The position numbers were made by a program, and so were the translations under genes. Source: Acidobacteriota bacterium (GTDB taxonomy: Bacteria; Acidobacteriota; UBA4820; DSQY01). Taken from it: DNA of 64,000 nt. The notes beneath the pieces were generated by a model, which was given only the letters and a program-made list of their open reading frames with translations, was not told where the DNA came from and searched no databases. The stretch is from assembly GCA_049967655.1 (NCBI GenBank), contig JBMFSH010000010.1:1-64000 (forward strand), written 5' to 3'. Below, piece by piece: positions 1 through 7,402 of this stretch. Positions within the stretch are counted from its first letter, which is position 1. Each line of letters begins with the position of its first letter.

Positions 1-166
1 CATTCAGTACGCTTGCGGTGCGGCCGCCTCGCTTTCCTGGCATGAGGCCCATCGGCGCCGGGACGCGCCATCCTTCGCTCCGCTCCGGAAGGCAAGACGC
101 ACACACGCGAGCTGAATATGTTTTGGACAGCCAAGAAGAGCGATCAGTGGGGGGAGACGACCCGAT

Positions 167-370
167 TTAGAACCGGCTGGGGCGGTAGCCGAGCAGCCGC
201 GCCGGAAGCGTGACAACGGCGGCGATCAGCTCCAGCATTCCCTTGACCGCGATGCCCACCACCCGGAAAGGGATGAAGAGCAGCCAGAGAAGGGGACAGA
301 GCACCAGCACCAGCAGGGCCAGCGGCCAGCAGAAGAACAGCAGCAAGAACCAGAGCAGGATCTTCACCAC
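167..370 (-). CDS. Small hydrophobic membrane protein (67 aa)
   Basis: MVKILLWFLLLFFCWPLALLVLVLCPLLWLLFIPFR; AAGGAGG RBS just upstream of GTG at 370; downstream of and co-oriented with the kinase. Confidence 0.7.
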   Translation of the reverse strand: MVKILLWFLLLFFCWPLALLVLVLCPLLWLLFIPFRVVGIAVKGMLELIAAVVTLPARLLGYRPSRF

Positions 371-484
371 GGCCGCCTCCTTTCGAACGTTTCCTCACCG
401 TTGTACTACGGCCGAAGCTTCCGTGAAGTTGCGCGCTTCGGCTGCGGTGGCTCCTCCGGAAGAAGTCTCCGGCCCCGACGCTCT

Positions 485-2446
485 TCATAAGACGGCTGTG
501 GTAGGCGGGGGAGTAGAGGCTTGCCCCGCCAAGAACTCGTCCAGAACGGCGCCGAGGGCCTCGGCGGAAGGGTAGCGCTCGTCGGGCTTGAGCGCCAGGA
601 GCGTAAGGACGACGGTGTCGAGGGCGGGAGGGACCGCCGGGTTGACTCGGGACGGCCTGGGCCTATCTGGCGCCTGGTGGCTTTGAATGAGCTCCAGGAA
701 GCTCTCGCCCTCGAATGGGGGCCGGAGCGTGAGGAGCTCGTAGAAGATGGCCCCAAGGGAGTAAAGATCGCTTCTGGGAGAATAGGGCAGATGCAACAGC
801 GGTTCGGGTGCCATGTAGCGTGGTGTGCCAAGCACCTGGCCGGTGACGGTAAAGGAAGTGGCCTCCAGGATCTTGGCCACGCCGAAGTCGGCGATACGAA
901 GCCTCTCGCTGGGTCCCTCAAGGAGGATGTTTTCGGGCTTGAGGTCCCTGTGGATCACTCCGTGGGCGTGGGTGAATTCGAGGATGGCGGCCGCCTCCCG
1001 GATCAGCAAGCAAGCCTCTGTCGGAGACATGGGATCCGACAGGTTGTCCAGCTTGGCGCGCAGGGTCGTGCCCTCCACGTACTCCATGGCCAGGAAAAGT
1101 CGGTTCTCCGGATCGCCCCAGTCGAGGATGCGTACGATGCCAGGGTGGTCGAGCCTCTGGCCGATAGCCGCTTCCTGGAGAAAACGGCGGCGGAAGGCCT
1201 CGTCCTGGGCTTGGGAGGGCAGCGGCAGTTTGAGGGCCACGGTAAGGCCGTCTCTCGCTCGCCGCGCTTTCCACACTTCGCCCATCCCGCCGCCCCCCAG
1301 GCGCTCCAGGAGTTGGTAAGAGCCAATGGTGGCCGTGGCGTCAGAGGGTGCCGTGGGGCGTCGGTTCATCCACAGCAGAATCCCGGCCAGCGCTGCGAGG
1401 AGGACGAGACCGCCTCCGAGGAGTGCCAGAGGCCCCGGCGCCGTGCCCGCCTTTTCTCGAATGGCCTGGGTTCCCAGATTGGGTTTGGGAGCAGGAATGG
1501 GCATCATGGTCCAGGTGAAGAGCGTGCGGATTCCGGCCTGGATCCGGACCGTGGTCCTCGCCTCCTCAAACCCTGCATTGACGAGCCGGAGGCGGTGATC
1601 ACCCGGTGAGAGGGACAACACCAGCGTGCCGCCACTTACCGTGCCGCGAGAGGCGCCATCAATCTCCACCTCAGTTCCCTTCGGCTGCACGCGCAACTCC
1701 AGCTCGCCCATTGCCGGTGGGTTAACCGGCTTGTTTTCATTCATTACCTTCCCATCGGCGTGAGCCAGGGCCACCTGCACCGTGAGTTCGTCGCCGGGCC
1801 TCAATGAGAAGTCCCTGCGTTCGGTTTGGAAATCTGGCCGTTTGAACGTCGCTTGGTGGTGGCCGGTCGCTTCGAGGCTCAAGTCCAGCGGGGTCTGGCC
1901 CCGTAAAACGCCGTCCAGCCAGAGCTCCGCCCCTGCGGGCTCGGAGAGGAAGTGAACGAGCGCGCGCTCTTTCTCTTGCGGCTGGGCTTGGCCCTGGCTT
2001 GCGCCAGTCGGTACTACGGGCGGTGGCTGGCCGGCGGGGTTGACCGGCTCGGGTACGGCGGCGGTCGCCTCCTCTCTCCGGCAACGCTCCAGCAGGACTT
2101 CGATGGCCTCGCGGGGTTCCTCGCCGCCCGCTAATGCCTTCTTGAGGGCATCCTCGGCCTCTCGTGGCTTGCCCTCCCCCAAATAGGCCTGGCCTAGGAG
2201 TTGGTAGGGGTAGTAATCGGAGACGAAGTTGGTCCCGTAAAGGCGTACCCGTTTGCCGGGCGAGGGGTGAAGGCGGATGGCCTCCTTGAGGTATGCCGCG
2301 GCCTCCTCGTAACGGCCGGCGCTTACGGCTTCCTTGCCAGCCGTGTAGGCGTCCCAGAAGGACTCCTGGGCGCGGAGCCATCCAGCGGCGGCCAACCCGA
2401 GGGCCGCGCAAAGGACCCAGCACAAGGCGCGGCGTCCCATGGTCAT
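485..2446 (-). CDS. Receptor-like Hanks-type Ser/Thr protein kinase (signal peptide, TPR, 2x PEGA-like, TM, C-terminal kinase)
   Basis: Kinase motifs LGGGGMGEV, VALK, HRDLKPEN, DFG, GTPRYMAPE; TM LALLGGGLVLLAALAGILLW; PEGA-like SEPAGAELWLDG...GQTP and VQPKGTEVEIDG; start overlaps the stop of the preceding gene (ATGA). Confidence 0.92.
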   Translation of the reverse strand: MTMGRRALCWVLCAALGLAAAGWLRAQESFWDAYTAGKEAVSAGRYEEAAAYLKEAIRLHPSPGKRVRLYGTNFVSDYYPYQLLGQAYLGEGKPREAEDALKKALAGGEEPREAIEVLLERCRREEATAAVPEPVNPAGQPPPVVPTGASQGQAQPQEKERALVHFLSEPAGAELWLDGVLRGQTPLDLSLEATGHHQATFKRPDFQTERRDFSLRPGDELTVQVALAHADGKVMNENKPVNPPAMGELELRVQPKGTEVEIDGASRGTVSGGTLVLSLSPGDHRLRLVNAGFEEARTTVRIQAGIRTLFTWTMMPIPAPKPNLGTQAIREKAGTAPGPLALLGGGLVLLAALAGILLWMNRRPTAPSDATATIGSYQLLERLGGGGMGEVWKARRARDGLTVALKLPLPSQAQDEAFRRRFLQEAAIGQRLDHPGIVRILDWGDPENRLFLAMEYVEGTTLRAKLDNLSDPMSPTEACLLIREAAAILEFTHAHGVIHRDLKPENILLEGPSERLRIADFGVAKILEATSFTVTGQVLGTPRYMAPEPLLHLPYSPRSDLYSLGAIFYELLTLRPPFEGESFLELIQSHQAPDRPRPSRVNPAVPPALDTVVLTLLALKPDERYPSAEALGAVLDEFLAGQASTPPPTTAVL

Positions 2447-3843
2447 GGCCCCACGAAGGCTTTATGGAAGAAACGCTGTATGGCTTTGGGATCGGTGATG
2501 CGGCAGATGACGGAGCAGTATACCCTCCACTCCCTGCCCTGCACCGAGCCCACTGCGTCGGGGATGCGGGGTGTTTGGTTCACGCTCTGGGGCTCCAGGT
2601 AGGAGCCCGAGCGAAAGCTTGCTCGACGGTACTGAACGGCCGCGTCGAACTTCCACGTGTTGGTGTTGTAGCCCGTGCCGGCGGAGAGGAGGTAGTAGTT
2701 GACGGGTCCACCGAAGTAAGGGTCGCGGCCGCCTTGCGGGTCATACCCCACTCCGAAACGGATGGGGATCACGCCGTGGGCCGTCAGGTGGAGGTATTCA
2801 GCGCCCAGGCTTGCGGAGAGGGTGTCCCTCGTCGTCGTAGCCCCCGTCGGCTGGAAGTCTAGGAAATTGAGGGCCGGGAAAACATTAGGCACCCCTTCGA
2901 TCTCCATTTTGCTCCATTGTACCTGGGTCAGATCCAGATCGACGGTCCATGTATCTGAAGGCTTCCACGCTAGGCCGGCACTGACCTGGCGGGGGAACCG
3001 CAGGCGCGTCGAGAAGGCCTGCGACCCCTGAAAACCGTTGGGCAGGTTGGAGGTGAGGGACGTCGTGAAATGGTAATCCGCGTGGAAAGAGGAGCGGTAG
3101 ACGAGCCCAACGGAGAAGCGGGGATAGAGCAGGAGGAGTCCCAGATTGTAGTTGCACCCAGAGATGTGGTTCCCCTGGACGAAGTTCAAGAATTGAGGCC
3201 CGCCCGTTCCGGTGATGGGCGTATCCACCATGGAGGAGCCTATGCTCCAGTCGCCGCTCCACCAATTGACGCTGACTCCTACCAAGGTTCGTTCCGTAAG
3301 GCGGATGCCTCCTGCCACCGAAGTCATGCCGATGCTTCCGTCCAGGTCGGTCTGGGAATGGATCAGGAAGGCGGGTCCCGTGGACAGACTCTCCGTGACC
3401 GTGGCCGGAGCGTGAAACCAGAGCCGGTAGGCTCGCTGCCAGCTCACCTGGAAGGTCACCGGCTTGCCCGCGAGGCGGAAGGGGAAAGCCATGCTGGTGA
3501 AATCCGGGGAACCTCTTCGATAGCTCATGCTGAAAGGGGAGTAGGTGGCCGCCAAGGATGGATTTTGAGCCGCGCTGTTGTGCATGCTCTGGTCCGAAGC
3601 GGCATATACGACGGAAAATTCGGGCTTCTCCAGTTGGGCCAGCCCAGCGGGATTCCACGATGCGGCGGTGCCGTCGTCGGCGATGGCCGTGAAGGCGTTG
3701 GCCATGCCCGCCGCACGGGCTCCAGCTCCCGCCGGTGTGAGCGAAAAACGTAGCAGGTTTCCGAGAATGGGCGTTTCTGGCTCATCGGCCTGACTGCCCA
3801 GGCCAGCGAACAGTAGAGCGAGAATCAGCAGGAGGCGTTTCAC
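2443..3843 (-). CDS. Outer-membrane beta-barrel of the FadL/OmpP1/TodX (PorV-like) superfamily
   Basis: Signal peptide; N-terminal hatch motif GARAAGMANAFTAIADDGTAASWNPAGL; amphipathic aromatic-rich strands; GTGA overlap with the upstream gene. Confidence 0.85.
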   Translation of the reverse strand: MKRLLLILALLFAGLGSQADEPETPILGNLLRFSLTPAGAGARAAGMANAFTAIADDGTAASWNPAGLAQLEKPEFSVVYAASDQSMHNSAAQNPSLAATYSPFSMSYRRGSPDFTSMAFPFRLAGKPVTFQVSWQRAYRLWFHAPATVTESLSTGPAFLIHSQTDLDGSIGMTSVAGGIRLTERTLVGVSVNWWSGDWSIGSSMVDTPITGTGGPQFLNFVQGNHISGCNYNLGLLLLYPRFSVGLVYRSSFHADYHFTTSLTSNLPNGFQGSQAFSTRLRFPRQVSAGLAWKPSDTWTVDLDLTQVQWSKMEIEGVPNVFPALNFLDFQPTGATTTRDTLSASLGAEYLHLTAHGVIPIRFGVGYDPQGGRDPYFGGPVNYYLLSAGTGYNTNTWKFDAAVQYRRASFRSGSYLEPQSVNQTPRIPDAVGSVQGREWRVYCSVICRITDPKAIQRFFHKAFVGP

Positions 3844-5762
3844 CGTGGCTCCTTTCCGGGAAAGGGCGGACCATCCGCCATGGTAGCAACCTGCGTTCCC
3901 CGGACCTTCTGCAGCCGCCGGAAGAGGGTGCGGAGGGGGATCCCGCTGCGGCGCGAGGCTTCCGCCACGTTGCCTTCCGACTCATCGAGGAGCCGCTCCA
4001 GGTAGCACTCTTCGAACCGGAGCCTGGCCTCACGAAAGTTCGACACCGAGGATCCCGGGAAGTCGGGTGTCATCAACCGCCCCCCCGCCTCAAGCAAGGA
4101 GCGCACCTGCGCCTCCTCGATGAGCGGTTCGGTGGCGATTGCCGCGAGGTGGTTGACTACGCTCTCGAGCTGGCGAACGTTTCCGGGCCAGTCGAAAAGA
4201 CGCAAGAGTTGTAGCGCGCCGGGAGTGAAGCCCTCGGCGGTACCACTGCGCCTGAACGAGCCTTCCAGGAAGTGCGCGGCCAGAAGGGGGACGTCGCTGG
4301 CACGCTCCCGCAGAGCGGGCAGAAGAATCTCGAAGGTGCTCAGGCGGTAATACAGGTCGGGCCTGAAAGTCCCGTCACCTATGCTTCGCATGGTTCGGGG
4401 ATGGGCCGCCGCCAACAGCCGAACCTCCACCTTGCGGTCCCTGCTATCTCCCATGCGGCGAACCACCTTGAACTGGAGGGTACGCAAGATCTTTGCCTGA
4501 AGCGCCGGAGCCATATCGCCGATCTCGTCCAGAAAGAGGGTCCCGCCGGAGGCCTGCTCAAAGAGGCCGGCGTGGTCGCGAACGGCGCCCGTGTAGGCGC
4601 CCCGAACGTGACCGAAGAGCTCGCTCTCGGCGGTCTCCGCGTGGACGGCGGCGCAATTCAAGGCCACGAACGGGCCGGCCGCCCTTTCGCTGTGCAGGTG
4701 AATCCACCTCGCGAAGAGCTCCTTGCCCGTGCCCGTCTCACCCAGGAGCAGGACAGGGTGGGGCGTTGGAGCCGCGCGCTCAGCGAGCTCCAAGGCCTTT
4801 CGAATGGCCGGGGACCGTCCCAGGATGGGGCCCGCTTCGATTCGGCGGTGGAGGGCCAGGGAGAGGGACTCACGGCCCGCCTCCAATTCGTGAATTTTGC
4901 GATCAAGCGAGCGGCACCGCCACAGGGCGGCCAGTTGGTGAGTGGCCCACGGCGGCCAAGCGCGAAGGGTCTCCAAGACCAGAGAGGGCTCCTGGCACGG
5001 CTTTCCCCAATCCAGGTAAATCACTGCCGCCGCCTGCGTTCCCATGAGAAGGGGGAAAGCCATGAGTACAGGACCGGCCAGACCGTTCAGGCTGGCCCCC
5101 GGCTTGGCGAGGTCAGCGGGTGCCCACACCGCCTCGCCCCTTCTGAGACACTCGGCCAGCGCCGTCCTGCTGATCCTTCCTGGGTCCTGGCGTTCGGAGG
5201 AGGCCTCGTAGGCCAGGTCGCCATCTCCCGCGCGCCCCCCCGCCCCTCCGCTATCCCCAACGCGGAAGAAGAACGCCCCCTCGGCCCCGACGAATGTTCT
5301 CAGGACTTCGGCCCACCGTCGGTCCAGAGGTTCCTGTCGCTCGTCGAGGCGCAGCTCGTCTTCCAGCAGGGCCGCGAGAGAGGGGGGCGCGCCACGCGTG
5401 GCACGGCTTGGTAGTGCCAAGCCTGGCACGGTTCCCAAGCTAAGCGTGGGTTCAGGGGGAGGATGCTCTGCGGGGGCGTGGGAGGTGGCCACGAGTTCCA
5501 CGGCGCCGAGCTTGATGCGGTCGCCCTCCGAGAGGGCGACGCTTTGCACCTTGCGCCCGGACAGGAGAACCCCATTTCTGCTCCCGAGGTCTTCCAGGGT
5601 CCAGCCCTCGCCGGTCCTGGTGAGCCTGGCGTGGTGTCCTGAAACGGAGGGCGAATCCAGGACGAGATCATTGGAGGGCGCCCGCCCGATCAAGACCAGG
5701 TCGCCGTCGAGGAGGAAGGGCTTCCGCGTGCCGTCGGCAAATACCAAGTAAAGCTGCTCCAC
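3840..5762 (-). CDS. FHA-domain sigma54-dependent enhancer-binding protein (FHA, GAF-like, AAA+, Fis-type HTH)
   Basis: FHA IGR...SVSGHHA...DLGSRNG; Walker A GETGTGKE; ESELFGHVRGAYTGA (GAFTGA variant); Walker B LFLDEIGD; WPGNVRQLE; C-terminal HTH. Start moved to GTG at 5762 behind AAGGAGG. Confidence 0.92.
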   Translation of the reverse strand: MEQLYLVFADGTRKPFLLDGDLVLIGRAPSNDLVLDSPSVSGHHARLTRTGEGWTLEDLGSRNGVLLSGRKVQSVALSEGDRIKLGAVELVATSHAPAEHPPPEPTLSLGTVPGLALPSRATRGAPPSLAALLEDELRLDERQEPLDRRWAEVLRTFVGAEGAFFFRVGDSGGAGGRAGDGDLAYEASSERQDPGRISRTALAECLRRGEAVWAPADLAKPGASLNGLAGPVLMAFPLLMGTQAAAVIYLDWGKPCQEPSLVLETLRAWPPWATHQLAALWRCRSLDRKIHELEAGRESLSLALHRRIEAGPILGRSPAIRKALELAERAAPTPHPVLLLGETGTGKELFARWIHLHSERAAGPFVALNCAAVHAETAESELFGHVRGAYTGAVRDHAGLFEQASGGTLFLDEIGDMAPALQAKILRTLQFKVVRRMGDSRDRKVEVRLLAAAHPRTMRSIGDGTFRPDLYYRLSTFEILLPALRERASDVPLLAAHFLEGSFRRSGTAEGFTPGALQLLRLFDWPGNVRQLESVVNHLAAIATEPLIEEAQVRSLLEAGGRLMTPDFPGSSVSNFREARLRFEECYLERLLDESEGNVAEASRRSGIPLRTLFRRLQKVRGTQVATMADGPPFPGKEPR

Positions 5763-5843
5763 CGCATAACCTCCTTGAAAACGTAGCATTTTCGGACCGG
5801 CCAGTTCAAGAGCCGGAGTGGAGAACGCGAGAGGGAAGTAGGA

Positions 5844-5858
5844 TGGCACGGCGGTTGC
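5844..5858 (+). promoter_or_regulatory. Sigma54 (-24/-12) promoter
   Basis: TGGCACG-GCGG-TTGC matches TGGCACG-N4-TTGC with exactly 10 bp between GG and GC; lies in the divergent gap next to a sigma54 activator and faces the gene at 5986. Confidence 0.85.
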
Positions 5859-5985
5859 CATTGTAAGGGCGAAAGGAGGGCCAATGCCCATGACCTCCAG
5901 CCTTTGGTTCAAGCCCACGGAGGAATCCACCGAGGTCCGCCGGGGAGCCCTGGAGATAATTTTCAACCTTCTTGAAAGGAGACCT

Positions 5986-7299
5986 ATGATGCACACAGCC
6001 ACGGTAGTTTCTAGATTCACTCGCGGAGGCGGCATCACGCAGAAAGCGGTCCTGGCCCTGCTGCTGGTCGGCGGTTTGGGCCTTGCTGCTCACGCGGCCA
6101 CGGACCCCCTCTGCGGGGCCTACGAACCCAACGACTCTTTCCAGGCAGCGGCTCCCATCACCAACGGAGAACTGGTAAACGCCGCCATCTGCCCGGCTGG
6201 GGACCAGGACTTCTACAGCTTCTCCCTTTCCGGACCGGGGTCCCTGTCGCTGGCTCTCCAGACGGCGCAGAACTTTCAGGACAACAGCGGTGCCGATACC
6301 GGAGGCTCGGCAGCAGAGACCTCCGACAGCACCGGAGATCAGGCGTTGGCCCTCGAACTGTACGACGCCGGGTTCAACCTCGTGGCCACCGGGGCAGCGA
6401 GCGGCGGTGATGTGGTGTCGCTCTCCTATGCGGGCCAGGCGGGGACCTACTACGCAAAGGTCTACGATCCTCTGGCCACGGATCAGGAGGGTTATACCCT
6501 TGTGGCGTCCTGGGGCGGCGGCTCCAACCAGGTGCCGTTGACGGTGCTGGCTGAACCTCAGGGCTCAGGTTCCGTGAGCCTCAACCCCTCGGGCCAGAGC
6601 TTCTCTTCGGGTACCCAAGTGACCCTGACCGCCGTGCCGGGATCCGGGGCCACCTTCGGTTTTTGGTCCGGGATTTCAGGGATTGACCCCGCCGCCAATC
6701 CGATCACCATAACCCTCTCGTCGCCCACGGTCATCGAGGCCCACTTCAATTCTGGCGGCGACTTTCAAACAGTCGCGAGCCTCCAGGGCATCGTCCCGGC
6801 GTCCACGCTGTCCGCCCCCACCACCGTGACCGTCGCGAGCGGTTCGGGCGCCACTCCCGTCGTGAGCGCCTCCTACTTCGTGGATGGCTTGGTCGCCGCC
6901 TCGTCGACCACATCACCCTTCGCGTGGCTCCTCCAACCCGGTCCCCTAGGAAGCGGTACTCATACCCTGAATGTCTTCGTGCGCACCTCCTTGGGTACGG
7001 GCGCGAGCCTCAGCGTGCCCTTCGTGGTCGAGACCGCCTCGGCGCCCTCGATCACGGGGATCAAAAAGCTGGGGAACCCACTTCGGTTGAAGATCCTAGG
7101 AACTGGGTTCGTATCCGGCTCCAAAGTCACCATCAACGGTACTGCCGCCCCCCATACCCGGTACAAGGCTAAAAAGAAGGCCCTCATCGCGGGTTCGGGC
7201 AAGTCGCTGAAGGCCATGCTGCCGAAAAAGACGGGCGTCTGCGTGAGGGTGGTCAACCCCGACGGCACGGCTTCCGCCTGTTTCACCTTTACGCGGTAA
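5986..7299 (+). CDS. Secreted Ser/Thr/Gly-rich multidomain protein (PPC-like, InlB-B/bacterial repeat, Ig-like, basic C-terminal IPT-like domain)
   Basis: AAAGGAG RBS before ATG 5986; signal peptide ending AHA; YEPNDS...GDQDFY (PPC-like); VTLTAVPGSGATFGFWSG (bacterial repeat); YFVDG...GSGTHTL (Ig-like); no catalytic motif seen. Confidence 0.82.
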   Translation: MMHTATVVSRFTRGGGITQKAVLALLLVGGLGLAAHAATDPLCGAYEPNDSFQAAAPITNGELVNAAICPAGDQDFYSFSLSGPGSLSLALQTAQNFQDNSGADTGGSAAETSDSTGDQALALELYDAGFNLVATGAASGGDVVSLSYAGQAGTYYAKVYDPLATDQEGYTLVASWGGGSNQVPLTVLAEPQGSGSVSLNPSGQSFSSGTQVTLTAVPGSGATFGFWSGISGIDPAANPITITLSSPTVIEAHFNSGGDFQTVASLQGIVPASTLSAPTTVTVASGSGATPVVSASYFVDGLVAASSTTSPFAWLLQPGPLGSGTHTLNVFVRTSLGTGASLSVPFVVETASAPSITGIKKLGNPLRLKILGTGFVSGSKVTINGTAAPHTRYKAKKKALIAGSGKSLKAMLPKKTGVCVRVVNPDGTASACFTFTR

Positions 7300-7331
7300 G
7301 GGATTTGATGAACTAAAGGTTTTCCCTCCCT

Positions 7332-7375
7332 GGTGACTCCCAGGATTCTTCAGCCGAAGGGTCCTGGGAGCCACC
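7332..7375 (+). terminator. Long stem-loop after the secreted-protein gene (terminator or mRNA-stabilising hairpin)
   Basis: GGTGACTCCCAGGA...TCCTGGGAGCCACC inverted repeat; no strong U-tract. Confidence 0.4.
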
Positions 7376-7402
7376 TTCCCGTTTGAGGAGGCGGGACGCG
7401 CA

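Noticed and set aside
5763..6038. Overlapping divergent starts of the activator and the secreted protein in the ORF track
   Set aside because: RBS-supported starts at 5762 and 5986 leave a normal intergenic region containing the sigma54 promoter
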